The translations under genes and the position numbers were made by a program. A stretch of 64,000 nucleotides of DNA from Escherichia coli (GTDB taxonomy: Bacteria > Pseudomonadota > Gammaproteobacteria > Enterobacterales > Enterobacteriaceae). The notes below the pieces were generated by a model that was not told the DNA's origin, made no database searches, and saw only the letters and a list, made by a program, of their open reading frames with translations. Each line of letters begins with the position of its first letter. Positions within the stretch are counted from its first letter, which is position 1. This document shows, piece by piece, positions 17,028 to 27,093 of this stretch. The DNA is taken from NCBI RefSeq assembly GCF_003018255.1, contig NZ_CP027440.1. One strand, written 5' to 3'.

Positions 17028-17708
17028 ATGAACAGGTATGCAGACGTGGTGCTGGCACTGTTGCTGGCTTTCCTGAGCGTACAGGCGCAGGCCGGGATCG
17101 TGATTGGCGGTACGCGCGTGATTTATGACGGGGATAAAAAAGAGACGGCCGCCTCGGTACGCAACCCGGAGAAATCCGGCGTCTACCTGGTGCAAAGCTG
17201 GGTAGACAGTGGCGAACAGGGGGGCAAAACGCCGTTTATCGTCACGCCACCGTTGTTTCGCATTAATCCCGGCGAAGAGAACATGCTGCGCATTGTGCGC
17301 ACCGGAGGCAACCTGCCGCAGGACAGGGAGTCGGTGTTCTGGCTGAACGTGAAATCGATCCCCGCTACCGACGACAGCCATTCGCGCACCAACGTGTTGC
17401 AGGTAGTGGTCAAGTCGCGGCTGAAACTGTTTTACCGTCCGGCAGGCCTGGAAGGGCAGCCGGAGAGTGCCTATCACCAGTTGAGCGTTGCCCACAGCGG
17501 TAACCATCTTACCGTCAGCAATCCCACACCGTATTACGTCACGCTGTTCACCCTGAAGGTCGACGGGCAGGAGATTAAAGAGGCGGATATGGTGCCGCCG
17601 AAAGGCAGTGTGAGTTTCACGCTACCGTCAGCGACTGCAAGCGCGGTGACCTGGCAGGCCATCAGCGACTATGGCGGTGTCAGCCAGACCGAAAGCCGTA
17701 AGCTGTGA
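17028..17708 (+). CDS. Periplasmic fimbrial chaperone (PapD-like)
   Basis: MNRYADVVLALLLAFLSVQAQAGIVIGGTRVIY..., NMLRIV and ESVFWLNVKSIP are hallmark motifs. Confidence 0.9.
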   Translation: MNRYADVVLALLLAFLSVQAQAGIVIGGTRVIYDGDKKETAASVRNPEKSGVYLVQSWVDSGEQGGKTPFIVTPPLFRINPGEENMLRIVRTGGNLPQDRESVFWLNVKSIPATDDSHSRTNVLQVVVKSRLKLFYRPAGLEGQPESAYHQLSVAHSGNHLTVSNPTPYYVTLFTLKVDGQEIKEADMVPPKGSVSFTLPSATASAVTWQAISDYGGVSQTESRKL

Positions 17709-17719
17709 AGGAGGACGTG

Positions 17720-20236
17720 ATGAATAACCCGACGCCACGTTTGATGATAATCCTGCTGACGCTGTTGTTGGCAATAGTGCTTTTGTCTGGCTATTTGCGT
17801 AATGCCGAGGCGCGTGAGGTGTTTAACCCCCACGCGCTGGAGATTGATAACCCCGGCCAGCCGGTGGCGGATTTATCCACCTTTGCGGAATCCGGTGGTC
17901 AGCTACCTGGTACCTACCGCGTAACGGTCTTCGTGAACGGTGAAAAGCAGAGCGACGCACAGGATATTGCTTTTATTGACGGAGCCAAAAAGAAACTCAG
18001 CCCGCAGATAACGCCTGCGATGCTGAAAGCCTGGGGCGTCAAAACGGACGTCTTCCCGGCACTGGCAGCACTGCCGCCGGATCAACCACTGGATGATATT
18101 GGCCGCTATATCCCGATGGCCAACACTGAACTGCGCTTCAGTAAATTGCAGTTGAACGTCAGTATTCCCCAGGCGGCAATGAATGCCAGCGCCAGAGGAT
18201 ACGTGGATCCGTCCGAATGGGACGAAGGTGTCCCCGCCGCACTGCTGAACTACAACCTCAGCGGCAGCAACACCTGGCGCGATGGACAAAACGGTTCGGA
18301 TGATAACTACTACGCGAACCTGCAAAGCGGTATCAACCTCGGCGCGTGGCGGCTACGCAACTACTCGACCTGGAATTATGACGAAGATAATGGTAGCCAC
18401 TGGGATTCAGTAAACACGTACCTGCAACGGGATATCCAGCGCCTGAAGGGACAACTGACGCTCGGCGACAGCTACACGCCGTCGGACATCTTCGACAGCG
18501 TCCAGTTTCGCGGCGCGCAGTTGGCATCTGACGACAACATGCTGCCGGACAGCCTGCGCGGGTTCGCCCCGGTGATCCGCGGTATCGCCCAGTCTAACGC
18601 TCAGGTGACCATTAAGCAGAACGGCTACATCATCTACCAGAGCTACGTCGCGCCGGGTGCGTTTACCATCACCGATCTGTATCCGACCTCGGGCAGCGGT
18701 GACCTGGAAGTGACCATCAAAGAGGCCGACGGCAGCGAGCGCACCTTCGTCCAGCCGTTCTCGGCGGTGCCGATTATGCAACGTGAAGGCCGCCTGAAAT
18801 ATGCCCTGACCGCCGGGAAATACCGCAGCGGCAATGAGGACAGCGACGAGCCGCAGTTCGGCCAGGTCACTGCGATTTACGGTCTGCCGCATGCTATCAC
18901 CGTCTATGGCGGCACGCTGTACTCGGACGATTATCAGTCTGGCGCCGCAGGGCTCGGTTTTGGCCTCGGTGAACTCGGTTCGCTGTCAGCCGATATCACC
19001 GCCGCCCATACCACGCTCAATAACGATGAAACCCACAACGGGCAGTCGTACCGGGTGCAGTATTCGAAGGATTTTCAGACCACCGACACCAGCTTCACGC
19101 TGGCGGCATATCGCTACTCCACCGCCGGATTTTACACCTTCCAGGAAGCCAACGACCTGAGGGCTGATGATGATAACGGCTGGCAGATGACGTACAACAA
19201 ACGCCAGCGCCTCCAGTTAGATCTCAGTCAGAGTATCGGTAGCTATGGCTCGTTTTTTATCTCCGGCTACCAGCAGGATTACTGGCAGGAGGACGGCTAC
19301 GAACGCACGTTGAGCGCGGGCTGGAACGGGAATATCGACGGTATCAGCTACAGCGTTACCTGGAGTTACAGCGACTACCCGGAGAGCACGCAGCCTGCCG
19401 ACCAGCAACTGGCGTTCAACATCCAGGTGCCGCTCAGCCGCTTTATGCCGAACGCCTGGGCGAGCTACAGCGTCAACACCGCGAAACACGGCGATACCCG
19501 CCAGCAGGTAGGGCTGAACGGTACGGCGCTTGCCGACAACAACCTGAGCTACAGCCTCCAGCAGAGCTACACCAACCATGGTGTGGGCGGCTCCGGCAAT
19601 ATCAACGCCGACTATAAAGGCGGGCAGGGGGAAATCACCGGAGGCTACAACTATGACGACGACACGCAGCAGGTTAACTACGGGCTGAAGGGCGGTATTG
19701 TCGCGCATCCGCATGGCATCACGCTTTCGCAGCCGCTCGGCCAGTCGCTGGCGATCGTGAAAGCGCCCGGTGCGGATGATACGAAGGTACAGAACAACAC
19801 CGGGGTTTACACCGACTGGCGCGGTTATGCGGTAGTGCCGTATGTGAACCCGTACAAGAAAAACCGTATTGCGCTCGACACCAGCACGCTTGGCGACGAA
19901 GTGGATACCGACACTGCCGTACAGACCGTGACCCCCACGCAGGGTGCCGTGGTGATGGCGGATTTTAACACCCGTGTCGGGCGGCGTGTGCTCATGACGC
20001 TGCTGTACCGTGGGCTGCCAGTCCCCTTTGGCGCAGAGGCGAAGCTGAAAGAGGGCGGCAGCGGTATTGTCGGCGATGATGGCCAGGTCTATCTGACTGG
20101 CGTGCCGGAGGAAGGCGATATTGCGGTTAACTGGAACGGAGCACAACAGTGCGTGGTGCATTACCGTTTACCGGAACAGGAAAACCAGCCGTCAGTGATC
20201 CTGGTGAACCAGGAATGCAGGGAGGTGGCAAAATGA
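17720..20236 (+). CDS. Fimbrial outer-membrane usher
   Basis: ~838 aa. FNPHALEIDN, LNYNLSG and RGIAQSNAQVTIKQNGYIIYQSYVAPGAFTITDLYPT are typical of FimD/PapC. AAGGAGG SD before the ATG at 17720. Confidence 0.9.
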   Translation: MNNPTPRLMIILLTLLLAIVLLSGYLRNAEAREVFNPHALEIDNPGQPVADLSTFAESGGQLPGTYRVTVFVNGEKQSDAQDIAFIDGAKKKLSPQITPAMLKAWGVKTDVFPALAALPPDQPLDDIGRYIPMANTELRFSKLQLNVSIPQAAMNASARGYVDPSEWDEGVPAALLNYNLSGSNTWRDGQNGSDDNYYANLQSGINLGAWRLRNYSTWNYDEDNGSHWDSVNTYLQRDIQRLKGQLTLGDSYTPSDIFDSVQFRGAQLASDDNMLPDSLRGFAPVIRGIAQSNAQVTIKQNGYIIYQSYVAPGAFTITDLYPTSGSGDLEVTIKEADGSERTFVQPFSAVPIMQREGRLKYALTAGKYRSGNEDSDEPQFGQVTAIYGLPHAITVYGGTLYSDDYQSGAAGLGFGLGELGSLSADITAAHTTLNNDETHNGQSYRVQYSKDFQTTDTSFTLAAYRYSTAGFYTFQEANDLRADDDNGWQMTYNKRQRLQLDLSQSIGSYGSFFISGYQQDYWQEDGYERTLSAGWNGNIDGISYSVTWSYSDYPESTQPADQQLAFNIQVPLSRFMPNAWASYSVNTAKHGDTRQQVGLNGTALADNNLSYSLQQSYTNHGVGGSGNINADYKGGQGEITGGYNYDDDTQQVNYGLKGGIVAHPHGITLSQPLGQSLAIVKAPGADDTKVQNNTGVYTDWRGYAVVPYVNPYKKNRIALDTSTLGDEVDTDTAVQTVTPTQGAVVMADFNTRVGRRVLMTLLYRGLPVPFGAEAKLKEGGSGIVGDDGQVYLTGVPEEGDIAVNWNGAQQCVVHYRLPEQENQPSVILVNQECREVAK

Positions 20237-21237
20237 GAGTATGGCGCGGGATGATTCTGCTGGCGGGGATCCTGTTCTGCCAGGCGTCGTGGGCGTTTTG
20301 CACGTCTTCGGTGAGTTTCTCCATCAGCCCCGGTACGGTGGTGGTCCAGCGGGATGCTGTGGTGGGGGAACCCATTAGCGACTGGCTGGTGTCGAACCAG
20401 GGGATGGCCTATCAGGACTGCAATTATGATGCAACGCCACAATACGTCATCAATGCAGGCATCAAAAACACGGGCTCCCGCGCCAGCGTCACCTGGAATG
20501 GTGAGGCGGTGTTTAACAGTAATGTCGCAGGTGTGGGATTTGTGTTTGAAGGCCGCTCCTCGGTCGACAGCAATCCGTTACCGGAAAACTGGATCGGTAT
20601 CGCCAGCGGGCAGTCGCAGGTATTCACGCTCCAGATAAGCCACAGCGTTGGCTACCATCCCTCCATTAACGATCAGGCGCGGATCCGGCTGATAAAAACC
20701 GGCGACATTACGCCCGGTACGCTGAGCGGCAACCTGGGGCGTTTTATCGCGGGGACAAGGGAGAACGGGCAGTGGTCGACTGAAATTCCCATTACATTTT
20801 CCGGTGGGCAAATCACCACCATCGCCTGCTCAGTGACCACGCCTGATGTCAATGTGCCGCTGGGGCAGCATCAAAAAGCGGAGTTCTCCGGGCCGGGAAC
20901 GGGAACCGGCTGGCAGGCGTTTAACATCGGGCTGGACTGCGATAAAAGTGCCCGTATCAACGTTCAGATAGATGCCGTACAGGATCCGTCCAACGTGGCT
21001 GGCGTGATGAAGCTGGACAGCGCGCCCGGAGACATGGCGGCTACGGGCATCGGTGTCCAGTTGTTCTTTGCACCGGATAACAGCGCCGTACAGTTTGGTC
21101 AGTCACGCTATTACTATACCTCTCCCAATGGCGGTACTGAGACAGTGCAGCTTAAGGCGCGGTATTACCAGACCGCAGCCACGATTACTGCAGGTGTTGC
21201 CAATGCCACGGCGACCTTCACGCTGACCTATAAATGA
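20233..21237 (+). CDS. Two-domain fimbrial tip adhesin-like subunit, paralogue 1
   Basis: Start MRVWRGMILLAGILFCQASWA overlaps the usher stop. The C-terminal pilin domain ends ..ATATFTLTYK. The N-terminal ~170 aa are divergent. Confidence 0.7.
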   Translation: MRVWRGMILLAGILFCQASWAFCTSSVSFSISPGTVVVQRDAVVGEPISDWLVSNQGMAYQDCNYDATPQYVINAGIKNTGSRASVTWNGEAVFNSNVAGVGFVFEGRSSVDSNPLPENWIGIASGQSQVFTLQISHSVGYHPSINDQARIRLIKTGDITPGTLSGNLGRFIAGTRENGQWSTEIPITFSGGQITTIACSVTTPDVNVPLGQHQKAEFSGPGTGTGWQAFNIGLDCDKSARINVQIDAVQDPSNVAGVMKLDSAPGDMAATGIGVQLFFAPDNSAVQFGQSRYYYTSPNGGTETVQLKARYYQTAATITAGVANATATFTLTYK

Positions 21238-21255
21238 CGTCGCCGGAGTGTTGAG

Positions 21256-22203
21256 ATGAGAAAAATTCTTTTCTTCCTGCTGTTGATGATAGCCGTCCTG
21301 CCGGAGGTTCAGGCCACCTGTTCGTTCTACGGTGGTGTGACATCAGAAGTATCGGGTTACCTGAATTTCGGCAACGTGGTTATCCAGCGGGATGCACAGG
21401 TCGGCAGCACGATTGCCACTGCCATTACAGGGGCATACAACAATGGCGACGGCATTGCCGGGTGTAAGCGGGAGGCCTGGACCGCCCGCTGGGAACTGAC
21501 GCAATGGGGGACGCTGAGTGGCTATGGGAATGGTGTCTACAACACCAACCTGCCAGGGGTAGGATTACGTCTGAGTGCGGCCTCGACAGGTAAAACATTG
21601 CCCTATGAAACCAGCTACGCCTACAACGCTGGCGGCACCTGGGTATCCATTCCCGGTGATGGCATCAAGGGCGAGCTTATCAAAACCGGGGATATCACCA
21701 GCGGTACATTAACGGACGGTGTGCTGGCGCGCGCTTCGGTAGTGAATCAGTTTTATTTTGCCAACGTCACGTTGAACGGGATGAACACAGTGAAATCAGA
21801 AGCTTGTACTGTGACCACGCCCTCTGTTGATGTCCCGATGGGGGATCACGATAAAAGCGAATTCAGTGGTGCGGGATCTTCAACCGACTGGGTGAGCTTT
21901 GATATTGGTTTGAGCTGCGATGTCGGGGCGAGAATAAACGTACGTATCGATGCCACTGCGGATGCTTCCGCCGGTTCGCAAGGCGTCATGCTGATTGATA
22001 GCGGCGGGGCGTCTGGCGTGGGGATACAACTTCATTACCGCCCGGATGATGCCGCTGTCCAGTACGGTCAGGAACGGTTTTACTGGCAGTCGGTATATGG
22101 TGACGAGATCGTGCAGCTTAAGGCGCGATATTACCAGACTGCAGGCTCGATCACGCCAGGTGCGGCAAACGGTACGGCGACGTTTACGATGAGTTATAAA
22201 TAG
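21256..22203 (+). CDS. Two-domain fimbrial tip adhesin-like subunit, paralogue 2
   Basis: 315 aa. The C-terminal half aligns with 20233-21237 (C[ST]VTTP.V.VP.G.H.K.EFSG...QLKARYYQTA..I..G.ANGTATFT.SYK). The N-terminal halves differ. Confidence 0.7.
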   Translation: MRKILFFLLLMIAVLPEVQATCSFYGGVTSEVSGYLNFGNVVIQRDAQVGSTIATAITGAYNNGDGIAGCKREAWTARWELTQWGTLSGYGNGVYNTNLPGVGLRLSAASTGKTLPYETSYAYNAGGTWVSIPGDGIKGELIKTGDITSGTLTDGVLARASVVNQFYFANVTLNGMNTVKSEACTVTTPSVDVPMGDHDKSEFSGAGSSTDWVSFDIGLSCDVGARINVRIDATADASAGSQGVMLIDSGGASGVGIQLHYRPDDAAVQYGQERFYWQSVYGDEIVQLKARYYQTAGSITPGAANGTATFTMSYK

Positions 22204-22214
22204 CGCGTAATCAT

Positions 22215-23762
22215 ATGGAATATTCTATGTCGGATATTGTCGCCGGGAACAGGATTGCTGCTCAATATTTAAGAATGTCTACCGAGCATCAGAAATATTC
22301 GCCGGAGAACCAGCGGGAATATATCGAGAAGTATGCAAAAGAACACTGTATTACCATTAAATATACCTATGACGACGCTGGCCGAAGTGGGCTGAGCCTG
22401 GATAACAGGCCTGGCCTGCGTTCGCTGTTATATGATGTTGAAAACGGAATAATAAAAGTCTCGTTAATTCTTGTTTACGATGTCAGTCGGTTTGGTCGTT
22501 TTCAGGATATTGAAGAGGCTGCTCATTACTCGTGGCTACTGAAGCGTAATGGTGTGCGCATTATTTATTGCGCGGAGCCTTTCTCGGAAGAACAGACCGA
22601 ATTGTTTATGCTGGGATTATCTTACTCCCGCTATGGCGCCGCAACTTACAGTAAAAACCTTTCACAAAAAGTTTTTCTTGGCCAGGCAAACCTCGTTCGG
22701 CGGGGTTATTATCAAGGTGGTATGCCTGGCTATGGCATTCGGAGATTATTAATTGATGAACATACTAATCCGAAAGGCATGCTTCTGCCGGGGCAAAGGA
22801 AAAGCCTGCAAACTGACAGAGTAATATTGATCCCGGGGCCCGCGGAAGAGGTGGTAATAGTCAATAAAATCTATGACATGTTTATTGATGAGGGCAAGCC
22901 TGAGTTTGTTATTGCTTCAGAACTGAACCGGAAGAACATCCCCGCCGAGAATGGGCTCCAGTGGAGCCGATGTAAAATTCATCAGATACTGACCAATGAA
23001 AAATATATTGGCAATAATGTTTATAACAGAACCTCCGGACGATTGAAGACCCGAAGTGTCAGGAATCCTCAGGATCAGTGGATCAGATGTGACGGCGCGT
23101 GGGACCCTGTGGTATCAGTAGAGAAATTTGAGGCGGCTAAAAGGATTATTGAAGCCAGGGCCGTTCAGTACAGTGATGATGAACTGCTGGATAAACTACG
23201 CCATCTGCTGAAGCTTCGTGGCAGATTATCCGGGATTGTGATTGATGAAGAGGAACTGTTTCCATCGAGCAGCATTTTTCGTTCACGGTTTGGTGGGTTA
23301 GTCAGGGCTTACACCCTTATTGGTTATCACCCGCGCCATGATTACTCTTATCTTGAAATAAAAAAGCAGATTGCAGAATGCCATCTCACTTTCATGGATA
23401 ATTTGGTGCAGGATATATACCGATATGGCGGTTGGGCAGAGATGCATCAGGATGGTTCATTATATATTAATGATGAGTTTTTTGTTTCCGCTAATCTGGT
23501 TCGCTGCCAACGTTTGTCGTCAGGTAAGCTTCGTTGGAAGATAAAATTTAATGTATCCCATTATTGTGATGTCATGATCTTTCCACGGTTGGATAGCACA
23601 AATAACTCCGTGGTTGATTACTTTATGTTTCCGGCTATTGATGTGTTGTATAACGATTTAACGCTTCATGAGAACAATGGTTTTATCCTCGAACTATATC
23701 GATTTGATGATTTGTCATGTCTGGAAAATCTTGTAAAACGAACTGGTCTGGAGAGTAAATAA
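22215..23762 (+). CDS. Large serine recombinase
   Basis: 515 aa. AAQYLRMSTEHQ (catalytic Ser region), DDAGRSG and VYDVSRFGR form the resolvase domain, followed by a recombinase/zinc-ribbon-length extension. Lower GC than the fim genes. Confidence 0.85.
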   Translation: MEYSMSDIVAGNRIAAQYLRMSTEHQKYSPENQREYIEKYAKEHCITIKYTYDDAGRSGLSLDNRPGLRSLLYDVENGIIKVSLILVYDVSRFGRFQDIEEAAHYSWLLKRNGVRIIYCAEPFSEEQTELFMLGLSYSRYGAATYSKNLSQKVFLGQANLVRRGYYQGGMPGYGIRRLLIDEHTNPKGMLLPGQRKSLQTDRVILIPGPAEEVVIVNKIYDMFIDEGKPEFVIASELNRKNIPAENGLQWSRCKIHQILTNEKYIGNNVYNRTSGRLKTRSVRNPQDQWIRCDGAWDPVVSVEKFEAAKRIIEARAVQYSDDELLDKLRHLLKLRGRLSGIVIDEEELFPSSSIFRSRFGGLVRAYTLIGYHPRHDYSYLEIKKQIAECHLTFMDNLVQDIYRYGGWAEMHQDGSLYINDEFFVSANLVRCQRLSSGKLRWKIKFNVSHYCDVMIFPRLDSTNNSVVDYFMFPAIDVLYNDLTLHENNGFILELYRFDDLSCLENLVKRTGLESK

Positions 23763-24649
23763 TGAAATCTTTTGATGAACAGATAGAACTTGTCGATATC
23801 AGTGATATTTATATCGCAAATCCACGGAAAAGGAATAAATTCATTCATAATGAAATAAAAGAGAACATAAAAACCATTGGTCTGAAACGGCCTGTTAGCG
23901 TGCGCCCAGTGAATAATGAAAACTATAAATATGCCCTGATTTGTGGTCAGGGACGACTTGAAGCGTATATTGAGTATGGTGAAACGAAAATTCCTGCAAT
24001 CATCAAGCAGGTTGATGAAGAGACAGCGCACCTGATGAGCCTGGCTGAAAACATCGCAAGACGTAATCCCCGGGCGGCAGAGCTAATGGAAGATATCAGA
24101 AGAATGAAGACCAGTGGCCTGACCGATCGTGAAATAGGCTTGCGGCTTGGGTATAATTCGAGTTGGGTAAATGGGGTGATCACTCTGTTGTCATCCGGAG
24201 AGAAGCATCTTTTGCGGGCATTTGAGACTGGCGATATTCCCTTGTATCTTGCTGTGGAAATATCCCGGTCAGGAGATGAGGAAACTCAGGAACTGCTGAC
24301 GGTCGCCCTGAAAGAAGGACATATCAAGGGTGGGCAAATTAATAAGATCAGGCGCATACTTGAACAACGTAAGAAAGGCGATAAAGGTACGATTAGTACG
24401 GCTTTTTTTCCTGGGAAAAAACAGAAAAAACTGACCCCGGAAGAACTGGCTAATGTCTACCAGGAAAACATTAATGAGCAAAAAGCCATTCTGCTGAAAT
24501 CCACAATGGTTAAAGAGAAAATTCTGGCAGTAAAGCAAATATTTGGTTATTTACTTAAAGATAATGATTTTGTTACATTGCTGCACAGTAATAATATCCA
24601 CGATATTCCTTCTTTACTGGATGGCAGTGATGTATCGGGGGAGAAATAA
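23762..24649 (+). CDS. ParB/RepB-like protein 1
   Basis: 295 aa. ParB N-domain pattern IGLKRPVSVRP..YALICGQGRLEA, then HTH-like TDREIGLRLGYNSSWV. TAATG overlap with the recombinase stop. Confidence 0.7.
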   Translation: MKSFDEQIELVDISDIYIANPRKRNKFIHNEIKENIKTIGLKRPVSVRPVNNENYKYALICGQGRLEAYIEYGETKIPAIIKQVDEETAHLMSLAENIARRNPRAAELMEDIRRMKTSGLTDREIGLRLGYNSSWVNGVITLLSSGEKHLLRAFETGDIPLYLAVEISRSGDEETQELLTVALKEGHIKGGQINKIRRILEQRKKGDKGTISTAFFPGKKQKKLTPEELANVYQENINEQKAILLKSTMVKEKILAVKQIFGYLLKDNDFVTLLHSNNIHDIPSLLDGSDVSGEK

Positions 24650-24650
24650 G

Positions 24651-25541
24651 ATGATTTCACAATGTTTTGACTCCCGATTTTATACCTTTAAGGTGGAATC
24701 ACTGGTGTATGCCAGAACGCTGCCGGTTAATGTTAAATTCAGTACGAAGTACAAACAAATTAAAGCCTCTGTCGATGAAATTGGGTTAATTGAACCCATT
24801 GTGGTTTATATCAATGACGCCAATGATAAAGTCATTCTGGATGGACATCTTCGCGTTGAAGTTTTGAAAGAACTCGGAATAACTACTGCTCATTGTCTGA
24901 TATCCCCTGTGGAGGATACATATTCATATAACAAACGTGTTAGTCGCCTTACCATTGTGCAGGCCCAAAACATGCTGCTTAAAGCGGTTGAATCTGGCGT
25001 TTCAGTTGAAAAACTATGCGCCGTACTGGGTGTCACGCCAGATACGCTGATTGGTAAACTGAAAATTTCTGATGGCATTGCCCCTGAAGTCATGGCGTTA
25101 CTGGCAGAAAAAAATGTACCGCAGACCATTTTCTCTGTGTTGAAAAAACTAAAGTTCTATAAGCAGATAGAAATGGTTAACACCATGATCAGTATTAATA
25201 ATTTCACCCGCAAATTTGCGATGTCGATGCTGCATGCCGTTGCCCCTGAACATCTTGTAGCGCCTAAAAAAGATGCCAGCAGAGAAACAGATATCAGAAA
25301 AAATCTCGAAAGACTGGAAAAAGAAATGGCTTCCGTTCAGGTGGAAACGCAGCATCTTCAGGATGAATATGCTGAGAATAACCTTCGGCTGGTTATCATT
25401 AAAAATCACATTGAACGTCTGCTGGCGAACGGTCAGGTACTTAACTGGCTTTATGATAACCATCAGGAGTACCTTTCTGTGCTCAAGCAAATCTCGGGGC
25501 TGGATGATTTGAATAAGCTTGGCCAGACAATTGAGGAATGA
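24651..25541 (+). CDS. ParB-like protein 2 (divergent) with a C-terminal coiled coil
   Basis: Start at MISQCF (GGGGGAG SD), 1 nt after the previous stop. IGLIEPIVVY...VILDGHLRVEVLKELG is ParB-N-like. C-terminal heptad-rich LERLEKEMASVQVETQHLQDE. Confidence 0.6.
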   Translation: MISQCFDSRFYTFKVESLVYARTLPVNVKFSTKYKQIKASVDEIGLIEPIVVYINDANDKVILDGHLRVEVLKELGITTAHCLISPVEDTYSYNKRVSRLTIVQAQNMLLKAVESGVSVEKLCAVLGVTPDTLIGKLKISDGIAPEVMALLAEKNVPQTIFSVLKKLKFYKQIEMVNTMISINNFTRKFAMSMLHAVAPEHLVAPKKDASRETDIRKNLERLEKEMASVQVETQHLQDEYAENNLRLVIIKNHIERLLANGQVLNWLYDNHQEYLSVLKQISGLDDLNKLGQTIEE

Positions 25542-25740
25542 CACATTTTTAAAGCAAGGACTGCTGTTTTACAGATTGCCACTATGATGGGATGCACTGA
25601 GAGAGGAGGGCGTGCTGGTGGTTGACGTGATTCAACTGGTGCGGAAAATCTTGCTCAAAGGACGATGGCTTAAAATCAAGTTGCTGTTTCAAAAATGAAA
25701 AAGTAGATTTACATCCACTTTTCTTACTGAGGTAAAAATA

Positions 25741-26199
25741 GTGCATATAGATGCGGATTTCATAAGCTTGAGCACATTGGTGGCTAATCAACAAGCTGCA
25801 AAATGGGCGGGGGTTGCTGCTATTGCTGCCTGTTTGACGTTTGTTGTGACAACGATAGGTTTACTACTTGCTTGGCGGTCGTTGCATCAGTGGAAGCCTC
25901 AATACAAAGAAAACTCTAGACTTCTCCTAATCGAAGCTTTAATCGCATTTCAGAAATGTTTAATAACTATACCAAAAAATCTCGATAACGATCCCACCTA
26001 TCAAAGCCGAAAGGAATTTTTGAAGGCAAGTACTGAAGTTGAGCTAAGAGGACAAATATATCTTAAGCAACACAGCAACGAAAAATTAAAAGATGAATTA
26101 GCAAATCTCAGGAGTAAATGTGCAGAATTTGTTGGTGGTAAGGTGACTAAACCTGAACTGTCATTCATCTCAGCAATAATATTACTCATTGAAGTATAA
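25741..26199 (+). CDS. Hypothetical single-pass membrane protein
   Basis: 152-aa ORF with a GTG start. One TM span (WAGVAAIAACLTFVVTTIGLLLAW). AT-rich like the preceding three genes. Confidence 0.4.
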   Translation: MHIDADFISLSTLVANQQAAKWAGVAAIAACLTFVVTTIGLLLAWRSLHQWKPQYKENSRLLLIEALIAFQKCLITIPKNLDNDPTYQSRKEFLKASTEVELRGQIYLKQHSNEKLKDELANLRSKCAEFVGGKVTKPELSFISAIILLIEV

Positions 26200-26301
26200 T
26201 AGATTCTGGGCTAACACCAATCGGTTACCCGGTTGGGATATCGCTTCCGGGTAACCTGTGGAAAGGCAAAAGCCACTCCACAGGTTGCCCGAGCATATCG
26301 A

Positions 26302-27093
26302 TTACATGTTTGCGTCTTTATTTAACGCATATTGCCAGTTAGCTGCATCCAGCTTTCTCAGCAACGCGCAAAGCACATCCACCAGACAGGCGAGGATCCG
26401 CTGGCCTTTTTCCGCCGTGGCGCAGCGCGGATCGCCGGTTGCTCCGGTGGCGCTGATTTCCCCGATATCCCAGATCCGGTTCACGCCATAATCAGCGAAC
26501 ACCTCCACCGGGATCTGTTTCTGCGCATATTTCAGTTCCACCAGCTCCGGAATCAGCGCCATCATGACGGACGTTTCGCCCTCGCCGCCGTGTCCTAGTC
26601 CGGTGTTATCCCATGAGTCGAAAAATCCCTTCCCGAGATGATGTCCCACCAGATCCCACCACGCCGGAACCACGACAATCGCTGCCTGCGTATGTCGGGC
26701 CTTCACATTGCGGGCGGCGATTTCAATCGCCGGAATATTACCGTCATGGCCGTTAATCACCAGGATCCGGCGAATACCGTGGTGCAGCAGGCTGATGAAG
26801 ATATCTTCCGCCAGCGCGATATTGGTCTCGTAGCGTAGGGTGACCGCCAGTGGATAGGCATTGTAGTGAACGGATGTGCCGAACGGCGTGCAGGGCAGCA
26901 CAAGGGTATTATCCACCCGCTGCGCCACCCGGCAGGCGACGATTTCGGGTACAAACATATCGGGGCCGAGTGGCAGGTGATCGGCGTGGTTCTCACAACT
27001 GCCGAAGTTGACGATAGCAGTGAGTTCCTTACCAGACTGCAACAGCTCGCGGATTTCCCGGCCAGTCAGTTCATTGAGCATGACTTTTTTCAT
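26302..27093 (-). CDS. Creatininase-family amidohydrolase
   Basis: MKKVMLNELTGREIRE..AIVNFGSCENHADHLPLG..INGHDGN..GHGGEGETS, which are creatininase-fold metal-binding motifs. Confidence 0.8.
   Translation of the reverse strand: MKKVMLNELTGREIRELLQSGKELTAIVNFGSCENHADHLPLGPDMFVPEIVACRVAQRVDNTLVLPCTPFGTSVHYNAYPLAVTLRYETNIALAEDIFISLLHHGIRRILVINGHDGNIPAIEIAARNVKARHTQAAIVVVPAWWDLVGHHLGKGFFDSWDNTGLGHGGEGETSVMMALIPELVELKYAQKQIPVEVFADYGVNRIWDIGEISATGATGDPRCATAEKGQRILACLVDVLCALLRKLDAANWQYALNKDANM

Noticed and set aside
19217-20161. A 314-aa minus-strand ORF inside the usher gene.
   Set aside because: It is antisense to a confidently identified usher, has Arg/His-rich composition and no start context.
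26223-26284. Two adjacent perfect hairpins (GGTTACCCGG/CCGGGTAACC and CCTGTGGA/TCCACAGG) considered as possible att/res sites of the serine-recombinase block.
   Set aside because: There is no matching copy at the other end of the block (22204-22215). They lie between convergent genes, so they are more simply explained as transcription or RNA-stability hairpins.
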